Shown piece by piece: positions 1-16,100 of a stretch of DNA of 64,000 nt. Both the position numbers and the translations under genes were made by a program. How positions within the stretch are numbered: position 1 is the stretch's first letter; every line of letters starts with the position of its first letter. The stretch comes from the human T2T-CHM13v2.0 reference genome, Homo sapiens, in NCBI RefSeq assembly GCF_009914755.1, contig NC_060928.1; one strand, 5' to 3'. Below the pieces are notes generated by a model. The model saw only the letters and a program-made list of their open reading frames with translations. It made no database searches and was not told the DNA's origin.

Positions 1-110
1 CATGTATGAGTGCCGAGTGTTGTATGTATGAGTGCTGAGTGCTGTATATATGAGTGCTGAGTGTTGCATGTATGAGTGCCGAGTGTAGTATATATGAGTG
101 TTGAGTGAGA
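1..110. repeat. 22-bp minisatellite (YATRTATGAGTGYYGAGTGNNR), 5 copies visible, cut by window start
   Basis: Units at 1-22, 23-44, 45-66, 67-88 and 89-110 align directly. Confidence 0.9.
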
Positions 111-502
111 GAGCTTTTTTTGCATTTCCTCAAACAGTGGCAGATCTATGTCTTGTTTTTGGACAGAACTGGGGACTAAGATTTTTCCCAGCCTGCTCCC
201 TAGGGTATGACAGCTTTTGCTTCTTCCCTTTTCCTAGAACTGGTGATTTTTCCCTGGTTCCTAGGGTCAGAAAGGAGAGTTTTCTATCCCTCCTCAGAGA
301 CAAATGAGGTTTGCTTTTACTCCTTCTCCATTGTTCCTGGAAATGAAGGTGTTCCATTTATGTATAAGTGGAAACAAGCATAACTCGGAATTTCTGTATT
401 TTTGCCTGCCTGGTCATTATTTTATTAAATACTGATAATTTAATGTTATCTTCCTCCAGAGAGAATATACTTTTGCTTATGGAGGATATTAGAGTAGGGC
501 AG

Positions 503-927
503 TGCTATAGATTGGATGTTTATCCCTGAAAAATCCATGTTGAGATTTGATCCCCCATGTTGCAGTTAGGGTATAGTGAGGTGTTTGGATCATGGAGGCA
601 GATCCCTCATGAATTGTTTGGTGTCATCCTTGCAGTAATGAGCAAATTCTTGCTCTATTAGTTCCTACTAGAGCTGGTTGTTTTAAAAAAAAAAAAAAAA
701 AGCCTGGCATTTCCTTCCTCTTTTCTTGCTCCCTCTCTCTTTCCACGTCATCTCTGCGCACACCAGCTCCTCTTCCCCTCTGCAATCAGTGGAAGTAATC
801 TGAGGCCCTAACCAGATGCAAATTCTGGTGTCATGCTTCCTGTATAGCCTGTAGAACCATGAGCCAAATAAAACCTCTTTTCTTTATAAATTACCCAGCC
901 TTATAGCAAGACAAACAGATGAAGACA
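503..927 (+). mobile_element. MaLR solo LTR (MSTB1-like)
   Basis: TGCTATAG...GAAGACA termini, typical MST body, ~5-bp TSD ggcag/gacag. Confidence 0.85.
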
Positions 928-1072
928 GACAGGTCACATTATTCTAGTCATTAAATGAATTTACTTAAGTTGAGCCTCAGGCTTTGTGAGAAATGGTCTA
1001 TTTCCATTTCTTCCTTATTATTAAGATATAGGCCCATACGGTCCTCACTGAAAGGACATCATTATCACCCAA

Positions 1073-1575
1073 TGCCAAGACCAGCTTGGTCAGGGAGACC
1101 CTAGTGGTGCTAGAGGAATTAAAGACACACACAGAAATATAGAGTATGGAGTGGGAAATTAGGAGTCTCACAGCCTTCAGAGCTGAGAGCCTCGAACAGA
1201 GATTTACCCACATATTTATTGACAGCAAGCCCATGATAAGCATTGTTTCTATAGATTATAGATTAACTAAAAGTATTCCTTACAGGAAACAAAGGGATGG
1301 GCTGAAATAAAGGGATGGGCTCTGGCTAGTTATCTGCAGCAGGAGCATGTCCTTAAGGTACAGATTGCTCATGCTGTTGTTTGTGGCTTAAGAACGCCTT
1401 AAGTGGTTTTCCACCCTGGGTGGGCCAGGTGTTCCTTGCCCTCATTCTGGTAAACCAACAACCTCCCAGCGTGGGCATCATGGCCATCACAAGCATGTCA
1501 CGGTGCTGCAGAGATTTTGTTTATGGCCAGTTTTGGGGCTAGTTTATGGCCAGATTTGGGTGCCTATCCTCAGCA
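1073..1575 (-). mobile_element. MER9 (HERV-K HML-3) solo LTR
   Basis: Reverse complement matches recalled MER9 consensus end to end; 6-bp TSD acccaa/acctaa. Confidence 0.85.
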
Positions 1576-3838
<2,263 letters not shown>

Positions 3839-4749
3839 AGAGTACTTGTGTGCTTGACTATTCAATGCCTGCAATAAGTTTTCCGACAATGAAAACTACT
3901 TTACTTCATTTTCTATTTTATTTTAATTACTGATATTTAATATTTTATTTTTGTTATTTATTTCTATCACTAATTTTAATAGGTAATAAGAATTTTCTGA
4001 CTAAAATAAGTTAAATGTGTGATTTTAATGAAATATCAATTAGATTCATGGACATAGATACAGGGATGCGAAGATGTGTAATAAATTTCCTCAAAAGTTT
4101 CTTCTTACCTCAGTTACTGCTGAGTGATCATGACATGCTTCCCCTCTGAGGTCAGCTAAAGGTTTCAACTCTGCACCCCAGGGAGGGGTGAGAGTTAAAA
4201 CCCATTTACCATTCTTATACTAAATGAACCAGATCCCATCTATTCTCATATAATCAAAATACCTGGAGTACAACAACAAAAGTATTTTTTATGCAAGATA
4301 ACATTTAATCTGAGATTACATAATGTGAAATATCCTGCTTTTCTTATTCCTTGCAAATATAATAAATAGTGCTCATGGATAAGTATCAGGACATAAGAAA
4401 TAAGAACTATTATATGCTCTATGAATACGGTATTTTATTTACACTGGACTTATAATAGTATAATAAAGACAAACTTGGTGATGGCATGATGACAAAGTAC
4501 TTTTACTAATTCAAGTTTTATTTTACTCTTAAAAAAACACCAAAAACAATTTCTTAAGTGATTTTGTTTAGCTGCTTCCCCACAAGGAATTGGATAGTAA
4601 TCCCATTTTACTTAGATACATTTCCTTAGATCTTTTCCAAGTTTCAGGAATATATGCCTTCAGTTCATGTGAACTGTCACTAGGTGACCAACTTTCATAG
4701 CCCTGCATGTGCCAATTCACTCAACATACATTTTGTATCTTCTATACAA

Positions 4750-5930
4750 AGATGATTAAGGCTTGGTCTTTTGGGGAACTCACAATTTATATCTACACAA
4801 ATAATCACTATCTAATACCTACAAATATAGATATGAAGGAGCACAGACAAGAGATTTGAGGATTTGAGAAAGTCTTCAAAAGAAAGAGACATTTAATTTG
4901 AGTCTTGAAAAACTTGCAAGAGCTCACTACTCACAGGAAAAGGTGAAAGTGGCAGCCTGGGCAAAACATTTAAAAGCTTCCAGGCAAAAAGCCTTGAAAA
5001 CATAGAAGGACAACATATATTTCGGAAATACATTGAAAGCAGAGAACAGTAAGTAAACTATTGCATTAGTTTGTACAGGACACAGTGAAGGGTTTCATTA
5101 AAAGTAGTGGCATTAGTAATGAAGATAAGGGCCTTCTGAATAGACTTTTTCAAAGTAATTTGATAAGACTTGGCAATTAAATGTGGTAGTAGGAGGAGAT
5201 GAGGTTGATGGAATAATCAAAGATGATTTGATATTTTCATCTCAGGTTACTATCTAGAATATAATGATAGTCATTGAAATGGAGAATGTAAGAGAAAGAA
5301 TATTTGGGGTGGTAGAAAGGAAAACCTTACTTGAAAGAGATACATTAGGTTTTAAATATGTTAATATTGAGATTATCAGGTAAAGGGCTGAGAGATCTAG
5401 ATTCAGCAGGTAGCTCGAAATGGAGTTTAGGAGCTTGGTGTGGCCTGTAGGTTGTGTTATGGGAGACACACTGGAATCACTGAAGCAGAGACAAGGTTGG
5501 TAGAGTTGTTGGGCCAGTACTAGGTAAAAGTTCAAAGTAGGGTAAAAAAAGCTGATGGCAGGACTTAGATAAAGAATTGCAACTCAAAATACGATAAGCC
5601 AGAGACAACAATGAAGAGAGGACAAATCCAGAGGATAGGATAAGGCAGGCGATTAAAAACCTGAGCAGATAGGCAGGAACAAGGGGCTTTGTGGAAACTA
5701 GAAGAGCAGGGCAGAATAGCCAAGGTAACAGATTCAAGGAAGTCATCGAAATGTTAACAAATTAAGCAAGAGATTTTGCCAGTCCTGGAGCTTGTTGCAG
5801 AAGCAAGAACCTATTCCGAAGCATTATGACTTGAGGCTTCACTCAGATATTATTGAAAATACTTCTAAAGAGTAAGGAATCACAGTAGAGATAAGGCTGT
5901 TCTCAAGTAGCTGCAGTGATAATTATATTT
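4750..5930 (-). mobile_element. Degenerate L2 fragments
   Basis: Purine-rich motifs resembling antisense L2; boundaries approximate. Confidence 0.5.
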
Positions 5931-6890
5931 CATACTTGTGTATCTTCCTATGCCAGAACAAAAGCTATCTTACTTTTTGGATATTGAAGAATGAAACACT
6001 CAAATTACAAACATTGTAATTTCCCCCCTCCCCTACCCTCCTTCCTTCGTTTCCTTTGTTGCTTAATACCCTTTTCATTATTTTACTCATTTTCTCTTTT
6101 TCTCTTCCCTTCCTTCTTTCCTCGCTTCCTACCATCCATCCTTCAGCCCTTTGTCCTTCCTTCATTTTGTCTCTGTTGAAGAAAAGATCGCTTAGAACCT
6201 GTTGTATGTTGAGTTAAGCATCTAAACATTACAGAGGATATTTTGAAGTCCAAATATTCTCCAGTGTAGGAAGAAATATCTTACTCATCATGGCTAGTAA
6301 ATATTTCCTTCTAAAAATGAGTAAAACTAAAATTAAATTACATTCATGTGGTTTTGACTCTGTTGAACGTATTAGCACTGTATTAAATGGTGTCTTTAAA
6401 CTTTTTGACGGGTTAGGTGGTTAGCAATTAACTTAAATGTAAAATGATTTAACTGTCAACTATGGGGCTGGAAGCAAACAGAAATATAGGATTGGTTTTG
6501 TCATTGTATACCTTTTAACTTAGAAAGCTTCAGTTCCTGAGGTTGAAAATGTAAATCATTTTCTGCTGCCCATTTTGTGATTTTTATGGATACCTTATTT
6601 TTAACTTGGTAACTTTTAGAAATCATTGACCTGTTTCTTATAAAAGTTAAATCTAAGATTGTTTTTTAAGAATGTAAACAGAAAGGTTAATAAAATATTT
6701 GATAATAGCATTCTCTGGTACTATCCAACATTATTGTCGATTTCTTTCTTATTTTCTTATTTACTTGTAAAAAATTAAAATTGTTTCAGCTGAAATATTT
6801 GTGCAGTTCTAGCCTTTTGTACTGAACATCATTTCACAAGGGAGATTTTGGTAAATCTTGTTTGGTTGAAACACATTGTTGTTACTTTAG

Positions 6891-6947
6891 GTGCTGACTA
6901 TTCTGATGCCGAGTTTCCAATTGCCTTGATTAAAGTAGAAACATTCT
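6891..6947 (+). other. WDR17: WDR17 5'UTR part of the first coding exon
   Basis: Acceptor gttactttag| at 6890; in-frame stops upstream of ATG 6948. Confidence 0.7.
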
Positions 6948-7013
6948 ATGGCTTGGATGACTTACATTTCAAATTGGTTTGAGCAAGATGATTGGTATGA
7001 AGGACTACAAAGA
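6948..7013 (+). CDS. WDR17: WDR17 coding exon 1 (MAWMTYISNWFEQDDWYEGLQR), long-isoform N-terminus
   Basis: ATG 6948, donor AGA|GTAAGA, phase 0 into ANMSQ; matches recalled WDR17 N-terminus. Confidence 0.9.
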
Positions 7014-8148
7014 GTAAGATACATTTACTTGTAATTACGATTTCCTGCGATTTTTTTTCTGCTTTGCTTCTCATATAGTTTTATATCTGTGTCATTTATA
7101 TCGTGGACATTTTCGCATTGCAAAGTTCTGAGCGTGAATAAGACACTTATTTGCTAGTTTTAAAGCAAAAGTAAGAATATAATAAGGGTAATTATATAGT
7201 GAAGAAGAAAGGGCATTTTTTTCTATCCTAATTTCAGATGAGTTCTTAATGTTTTCAAATTCTCTTAGGCTTTAAATATAAAATAATATTTTATATATTG
7301 AGATTAATATATGAAAATAGCAACAATTTCAAGCAAGTCTTTCCCATAAAGAAAATCATTTCATGAAACAGAAGATAAATGTATGCTGATACTACTTATT
7401 AAACAAATACTTTAAAAGGAAATGAAAACAATTCTGAAGAAGAGTGCCATGTTGCATCTGATAAATTTTTAGGCGGTTAATTAATTATGTTTGAAAACAA
7501 ACTGCATTGTTAGTGTGGCAACATTTGCATAGTGTTTTGAAAATAGTATTCTAACCTATTATTACAATAATAGAAAAAAATGCTATTTAAAATGTACCTT
7601 GTCAAATGGATTTAGTCTAGAATAATATATGATTTCTCTTCGATTATTTTCACTTTTTAAATTTCTTGATTATTTAAATGAAGACAATTTGTATATTTTT
7701 ATTTTATTAATTAGTGGGACAAAAAAACCAGACTATGTGCAGTTTTACTAGATTTTTCACCACTGTTGTTCAAGGGCATAGGCTGCCAATGATATACAGT
7801 ACTTTATTTTTCTTTCTTTTTCTTGAGATTCCCATCCTAAGCACATTAATTACAGATATTTTCTCAGTATTACTTCTTTTTAATTATAAATCCTCAACAG
7901 TTTAAAGCCTTTTGGACTTTTTTTTCAGATACTTTTTTTGTAAGCTGTGAAAAAATCCAGTAAACATCTCTGGAGCCAGTAAATATCTAACTCTGAAGAA
8001 TAATACTCATATTGTAAATCCTAAAGCATTCTTCAGAAAAGGAGTTGAGAGTTAATGAGCAGTTTTCCATCCTGAGTTTCAATTTCAGGTATAAATGATG
8101 GAAATATTTCAGCTTATGAGTTTAATAGTAATACTTCAAGCCCCACTT

Positions 8149-8163
8149 ACACACACACACACA

Positions 8164-8197
<34 letters not shown>
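8149..8197. repeat. (CA)n microsatellite
   Basis: ~24 CA units with one interruption. Confidence 0.95.
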
Positions 8198-8588
8198 ATG
8201 CCAATATCCTTGTTTGTATTGTGTGCAGGAATGGGAACTGATTTTAAGAAAAATGCTTTTTAATGAAATGTGTTTCCTTTAAAATGACTTTGGAGAAGCT
8301 CATGGAGATTATGAGAATTCAAAATCTTCCTCTTCTTGCCCTTTATACTACTATGGGCCTTTATAAATGAATGCCTGGTTTTGAAACATACTAAAAGTGT
8401 AGCTGTTGTTAAAATATAGAAATAGATTGACCCTAAAATTACTATATTACTGTGAGTTTGAGCTCCTTCCGGCTTAAGTATTGACCAGCTCTCATACATG
8501 TGTAGATGAAAATGAAAGATCCTATTCTGAATGAAAAAAAATTGGCACATGAATATTGACCTTAATTTCTTTCAAAAATCCAACTTAT

Positions 8589-8680
8589 GCCCTCCTGGTG
8601 CTTACCACAGGCTGTGTTCTTACACTGACTGTATAGAATGAGAAGGTAGAATAAATCTACCCCATATGCACTTCAGCCCA
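8589..8680 (+). pseudogene. SNORA51: H/ACA snoRNA SNORA51 (ACA51) retrocopy, 5' ~90 nt
   Basis: CCTCCTGGTGCTTACCACAGGCTGTGTTCTTACACTGACTGTATAGAA matches recalled SNORA51; H box AGAATA at 8648-8653; 3' hairpin diverged or absent. Confidence 0.85.
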
Positions 8681-9532
8681 ACTGAAGTGTGTTGTTCCTG
8701 GGCCAAAAAGACTGTATTTTCTGAAGCAACAAATCTTTGAAGTAGACATGAAAATTCTTGAGTGGTTCACATATTAATGAAACATTCTAAAGTAAGGATA
8801 ATAAAGGCTTTGTAAAACATTTATCTGCAGTATATTACCTGTCATAATTAAATATGTTTCTTTACCTTTATATGTGACATATTTTGTAGGATTTATATTT
8901 AAAATATAGATATATATTTTGAAATGGACCTTCAGTGGACTGTTTTCTGTTTTTAGTAATGCAGAATCATGAATTGAGTAACAATTCATGCTGACTACAA
9001 AGATAACAAAAGGTTCTGGACATTTTGTTTCATCTCCTTGGCAACTGTAGATACAATTTAATGAAGACTGAATAATTATTACATATCTTTTTTAGTCCTT
9101 TTGCAAAAATAATTTAGAAATTCACATATTAGACTTTGTTTGAATATGTAATTCAGATTTTAAATGTAATAATATATATTCAATAATGTATGATATGCTT
9201 TTTATCTTTTATTTAGAATCATAGATTTTAAAAAATATCTATTTTTTTTGAAATAGCTATTTTATTTTGTCCTAATTATTATTTTAATATCTGGTTTAGC
9301 AAGTTATTTGACTCTGAATTTTAAAAGGATTTAAGTGTTGGTTTGTAAGACCTGTAAAAGCTATTTAAGAACAAAGGTACACCAAATTTTATGTCAACAT
9401 AGAAATGCTTATATTATCTAATTTTGGAAACTAAAAAATAATAAATCAAGATATACTCTGAGTTAAAGTCAAAATGTATTGGCATAAATTTAGAAGTTTA
9501 TTTTTGTTTTTAATAAATAAGCAGAGAAACTG

Positions 9533-12500
9533 CTGGTTTCTAGTTCAGTATGTAAGCAGCTTAGAAGTTGCTACTCCATTTTAGCCAATAAAAAATTGAA
9601 CGCATTGAAAACTCAACAACTCTTCCTAGATCCACCTGAGAAGTAAGGGCACAAGGCAAATCACTGCCCTCAAAATTATTGAGATAGAAATGCAGTTACA
9701 GAGAATTGCAACTTACCAGAGCAGAAATGAATTAGCAGAAACTAACCTGGGCATCACTGCCAGAGTAAGAAAATCTGAACTGTAACTGATAAATTGATGG
9801 AAGCACAATATGGTCAGGTCTGAGGGTTAAAAACTTCACGGGAACCCAGTAATGGGGGTGGCGGGGGAGCTTTTGTAAGTTTTACTTCCAGGAGCTCTAA
9901 ACTGGTGCTCACAGTGCATATTAGAGAAGAATATCCTCTTGCTTCCAGCAGGGGGAGGGGAAAAGAAACCATTTAAATTACACTAGAGCATTCTGTTCTT
10001 TATTTTTAACCAACTTTTAAAATAATTTATATAAAATTATGGAGTACAAGTACAATTTTGTTACATGCATAGATTGCACAGTGATCAAATCAGGGCTTTT
10101 AGGGTATCCATCACCTGAATAATGTACATTGTACCATTCAGTAATTTCTCATCATCCACCCCCTCCCACTCCTTCACACTTTGGAGTCTCCCTTGTCTAA
10201 CATTCCACTTTTGTGTCCATGTGTACACATTTTTTTTACTACCCAGTTATGAATGGGAACATGTGATATGTGACTCTCTGTGCATGGCTTGTTTCACTTA
10301 AGATAATGACCTCCAGCTGCATGCATGTTGCTGCAAAATACATGATTTTTAATGGCTGAATAGTATTCCACTGTGTATATATACCACATTTTCATTATCT
10401 GATCATCTGTTGATAGACACTTAAGTTGATTCTATAGCTTTGCTATTGCAAATAGTGCTGCAATAAACATATGAGTGCAGGTATCTTTTTGCTATAATGA
10501 TCTATTTCCTTTTGGGTAGATACACAGTAGTAGGATTACTGGATCATATAATAGCTCTAATTTTAGTTATTTGTGAAATCTCCATACTGTTTTCCATAAA
10601 AGGTGTATTAATTTTCATTCCCACCAACAGTGTATGAATTCTCTTTTCCCCATATCCTCACCAACATCTATTATTTCTGTCTTTTTAGTAATAGGCACTC
10701 TGAGTGGTGGAAGATTATATCTCATTGTAGTTTTAATTTGCATTTCTCTGATGATCAGTGATGTTGAGCATTTTTTCATATACCTCTTGGCCATTTGTAT
10801 GTCTTCTTTAGAAAAATGTCTACTCATGTCCTTTGCCCACTTTTTAATGGGATTATTTGTATTTTTGTTGTCATTGAGTTGTTTGGTTTCTTTGTATATT
10901 CTGGATATTAGTCCCCTGTTGGATGAATAGTTTGCAGATATTTCTCCTATTCTGCAGGTTGTGTGTTCTCTCTGTTGATTATTTCTTTGGTTGTGCAGGA
11001 GCTCTTTAGTTTAATTAAGTCCCATTTATCTATTTTTGTTTTTGCTGCCTGTGCTTTTGAGGTCATAGTATACATACCTTGCCTAGATGAATGTCCATAA
11101 GAGTTTCCCCTAGGTTTTCTTCTAGTATTTTTATAGTTTCTGATCTTGCATTTAAGTGTTTAGTACATCTTGAATTGTTTTTTTTAATATGGTGATAGCT
11201 ATGGGTCTAGTTTTATTCTCCTGTATATGGATGTCTAATTTTTCCAGCACTATTTATTGAAAAGGGTATCCTTTCCTCACTCTGTGTTCTTGTTGGCCTT
11301 GTTAAAGATCAATTCACTGTAGATATGTGGCTTTATTTCTGGGATCTCTATTCTCTTCCATTGATCTATATGTCTATTTTTTATACCAGTACCATGCTAT
11401 TTTGGTTACCATAGTCTTGTAATATAATTTGAAGTCAAGTAATGCATTGCCTCCAGTTTTATTCCTTTGGTTTTGGATTGCATTGGCTATTTGTGCTCTT
11501 GTTTGGTTCTATATGAATTTTAGGATCGTGGCATTCTGTTCTTAAAACCTACCCTCAAGAGAACCTATTTGTCCAGAGCGTAACTCTGGGGTTTTAGAAG
11601 AGCCTTACCTACCTGGGAGAAGGAAAATACCCAACATCAGCCCCCTTCAGCCATCCTGTCCCACCTAAGCAGGGCTGGGGGTACTGAGAAGCACTGGTCA
11701 TGGGCACGTGACTGAGACCTAATCATAGGACTTTAGAATGCTCACTCTACCCCCATATCTTACCACTACATTACTAAAGGCCTATTTACAGCACTTTCTT
11801 TTATGTAGTTCATCATGTGCACCTCACAAACATTTACATGATAAACAAAAGGCAAAAAAATACAGTTTGAAGAGACAGATAAAGCATCAGAACCAGAGTC
11901 AGATACGACAGAAATGTTGGTATTATCAGACAAGGAATTTAAAAAACTACAATTAATTTGCTAATAGCTTTAATGGTAAAAGTAGACAACATGCAGGAAT
12001 GGATTGAAGGAGAACAAAGTGGGATAACTAACACTACCCAACTTAAAGACTTACTATATAGCTCCAATAAAAAAGACAGCCATGGTATCTGCAAAAGGAT
12101 AGACAGATAGATCAATGGAACAGAATAGAGGGCTTAGAAATAGATCCACATAAATATACTCAACTGATATTTGATAAAGGAGCAAAGGCGATACAGTGAA
12201 ACAAAGATAGTCTTTTCAACAAATGAGGCTGGAATAACTGGATATACAATGTTAAAAAAAAAGAATCTAGACACAGGCCTTATATATTTTACAAAAATTA
12301 ACCCAAAATGCGGCATAGAACTACATGTAAAATGCAAAACTGTAAAACTCATAGAAGGTAACATAAGAGAAAACCTGGATGACTGTGGGTTTGGCTAGCA
12401 CTTTTTAGATACAAAAGGTATGTTTTATGAAAAATAATTGATAAGCTGGACTTTATTAAAATGAAAATCTTCAATTTTTACAATATCAAACAGAATAAGA

Positions 12501-13118
12501 AGGCAAGCCACAGAATGGAAGAAAATATTTGCACATCTGCTAAAGATCTGTTATCCAAAATATACAAATAATTTATATAACTCAGTAACTAGAAGATTGA
12601 ACAACCTGGTTTTAAAGTGGGCAAAAGAGCTGAACAGATACCTCACCAAAGAATGTATATTCATGACAAGTGAGCATGTGAAAAAATGTTCAACATCATT
12701 TGTCTTTGGGAATTGCAAATTAAATCAATTAGATACCACTACACATCTATTAGAATGGCTAATATCCAAACACCAGATGCTGGCAAGGATGTGGAGCAAC
12801 AGGAACTCTCATTTCTGATGGGAATACAAAATGACACAGATCTTATGGAAGACAGTTTGATGGGTTCTTACAAAGCTAAACATATTCTTACTATATTATC
12901 CAGCAGTTGTGTTCCTTGGTATTTATCTAAATGAATTAAACAGCTGTGTCCACACAAAAAGCAGCACATGGATGTTTATAGCAGCTTTAAGCATAATTGC
13001 TAAAACACAGAAGCAACAAGTATGTCCTTCAGTAGACTGGTGGATAAATAAACTGTGCTACATCTAGATAAATAGTATTATTCTGCACTAAAAAGCAATG
13101 AGCCATTAAGCCATGAAA
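9533..13118 (+). mobile_element. Old L1MC-like element, 5' part (5'UTR, ORF1 start, late ORF2, 3'UTR start); host of nested insertions
   Basis: L1 motifs flank the antisense insertion; its 3'UTR resumes at 18673. Confidence 0.7.
10001..11530 (-). mobile_element. 5'-truncated L1 (L1MA/L1PB-like) nested in the older L1
   Basis: ORF2 C-terminal peptide ([32 protein letters not shown]) on - strand; perfect 13-bp TSD gcattctgttctt at 9988-10000 and 11531-11543. Confidence 0.9.
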
Positions 13119-16100
13119 GGCACTAGAAATCTCTCTCCCCACCTAGACAACAATTGCACTGGTACAGTCTGTCTGATGTAATTATTTTGTAATACCAGAA
13201 TCTATGAAGGCTTGCAACTTCCAGGGGAAGGCTTGGATGATAAGTTGAAGTTAGTAAGCTTTAGTTCTCAGCACAGTGGCAGCTACTCATCCCTCACCTC
13301 AAGCCCCAGGGCAGACAAGTGAGCATGTATCCCAGAAGTATCTTGCAAGCAGCTTATGTGAACCAGGGTAGAAAAAAAAGCACTCTGTCCTTTATATATC
13401 AGTGATCTACTGCTTCTGATCACAGAAGTGCAGACAAAGAGGCAGGCAGCCATTGTTATTGCACCTACCTCCATGTTACAAGCTCCTCCCCCTCCAGCTG
13501 AAGCAATTTCAAGGGGACTTAAAGGGCTGAATCCCTTAATTTTTTTCTTTTTACCCTTTTGGGAGCCATCCATTAAAGCCTATGCAATTCAAAAGCAACT
13601 GCCTATACAAAGAAAATTAGGAAGTTACTATGCATGAACAGAGGACACAGGTTCAGAATAACCCTGAGTAGTCCTTATGTTTATACCTGAGGATGATCCT
13701 TGACACAGACAGCCCACAACAATTGAAAACAAAAACAATAAATAAAAACAAAAACAGCAAACTCTGATTTCCAGAGTTACCATATTACTAGATTCAAGTG
13801 TCCAGGGTTCAACAAAAAGCCACAAGGCCTAAAAAGAAACAGAAAATTATGTTTCTTTCAGTGGAAAAAAAAATAAACAGATGCTTTCTGAAAAAGACCT
13901 GATGAAAGATCTACTAGACAAAGACTTTAAAACAACTGTCTTGGGATGCTTAAAAACTAAAGGAGATATGGAGAAAGTCAAGAAAACAATGTATGAACAA
14001 AATAGAAATAATAGAGATAGAAAACCAAAAAAAGAATTGTAGGGCTGAAAAATATAATAACAAGTAAAATAGAAGAATTCAAAGACATATTTAAGAAGAA
14101 AATATTAGCAAATATGAAGATAAGACAATAGAAAATATTGAGTCTGAGGAACAGAAAGAGATTGAAGAGAAGTAAGCAAAACCGAAGGGACATAAGGGAC
14201 ACTATGAAGCCCACCAATATGCACTCATGTGGGAGTACCAGAAGAGAAGAGAGAGAGATGGAAGAGAAGAGAGAATATTTGAAGGAATAATGGCAGAAAA
14301 CTCCTCAAATTTGATGAAAAACATGAAGTAAATTTCCAAGAGTTTCAGCAAGCTCCAAGAATTTGAACTGAAATAGACACACATGGAGACACATCATAAT
14401 CAAATCTTGAAAAGCAGAGTGAATCTTGAAATTAGTAAGAAAGAAGTGATTAACACATACATACAGGGATCCTCAATAGTATAAACAGCAGATTTCTGAT
14501 ATGAAACTTTAGAGACTGGAAGGAAATGGGCCAATATATTTAAAGTGCTAAAAGAAAAAAAGAATGTCAACCAAATATCTTTTATCCTGCAAAACTGTCT
14601 TTCAGAAGTGAGGGAGAAATTAATACATTTCCCAGTAAACAAAAACTGAGGGAGTTCATTATCTTTAAACCTGCTTTGGAAGAAATGCTCAAGGAAGTTC
14701 TGCAGGGTGAAATGAAATGACACTAGACAGTAACTCAAAGCCATATGAAAAAATAAAGATCTTGATAAAGGTAAATACATGGACAATTATAAGTGCTAGT
14801 ATTTGGAAACAATGCTATTGTTTGTTTTCATCATCATTTAAGAGAATAAAATATTTTAAAAATTCTTAGTATACAAGTAGTATTATTGTAACTTTGGTTG
14901 GTGATTCCACATTTTATTTTCTCTTAATTTAAAAAACTAATGTATTTAAAATAATTAATTAGTTTGTGTTTCAGGCCACACAATATATAAAGATGTAATT
15001 TTTTGACATCAACAACTTAAAGGTGTGGGGTTGGAGTTTTAAAGAAGCTGAGGTTTTGTATGTAATTGAAGCTAATTTGGAATAAAGTTAAATTAGAGTC
15101 TTGTAACTTTAGCATGTTAAGTTTAATCCCCATGGTAGCCACAAATAAAATAGCTATAGGATATACACAGAAGAAAATGAGAAAGGAATTCAAAGTTTCA
15201 CTGCAAAAATTAACTAAACACAAAAGACAAAAGCGTTGCAGGAAATGAGGACAAAAAAACTATGAAGCATATTGGAAATGAATAGCAAAATGACAGAAGT
15301 AAGTCCTTTATCAGGAATTATTGTAAATGTAAATGGATATTAAGCTCTTCAAACAAAAGAGATTGGCAGAATTAATTTAAAAAAAGATCCATCTGTATGC
15401 CGTCTACAGTTGATTCACTTGAGATCCAAAGACACAAATAGATTGAAAGTAAAAGGATGAAAAAAATTTTTTCCATGCACAGAGTAGCAAAAAGAAAGCA
15501 GGCATGCCCTATATTAATATTAGATGAAATTGATTTTTAGTCAAAAAAGTTCAGAAAAGTCAAAGAAGGACACTATATATTAATAAAGTTTCAATGCAGC
15601 AAAATATAAGTTATAACATTTATACACCTAAAAAACACCATCAAAATATATGAAGCAAAAACTAACTGAATTGAAGGGATAGATAGTTCTACAATAATAG
15701 TTGGATAATTCAATACCCCATTCTCAATAATGAATACATCAGACAGAAAATAAGTAAGGAAACTGAGGACTCAAACAATATATTAATCCAATTAGATCTA
15801 ACAGACATATACAGAACACCCTACTCAGTAACTGCATACACATTCTTCTTAAGTGCACATGGGATGTTTTCTAGGATAGACAATATGTTTGGCCAAGTAT
15901 TAAGCCTCAATAGATTTTAAAAAGTAGTTATCATACATTATGTCTTCTCTGAACACTGTGGGATAAAGTTAGAAATCAATAACAGAAAGAAAACTGAAAA
16001 ATTCGCAAATTTGTGGAACTTAACACACTCTCCAACAACCAATGGATGAAAGAAGAAATCACAAGGGAAAGTAGAAAACTCTTAGAGATGAGTGAAAACA

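Noticed and set aside
1-110. CRISPR-like array
   Set aside because: Units are contiguous with no unique spacers; the context is a mammalian intron
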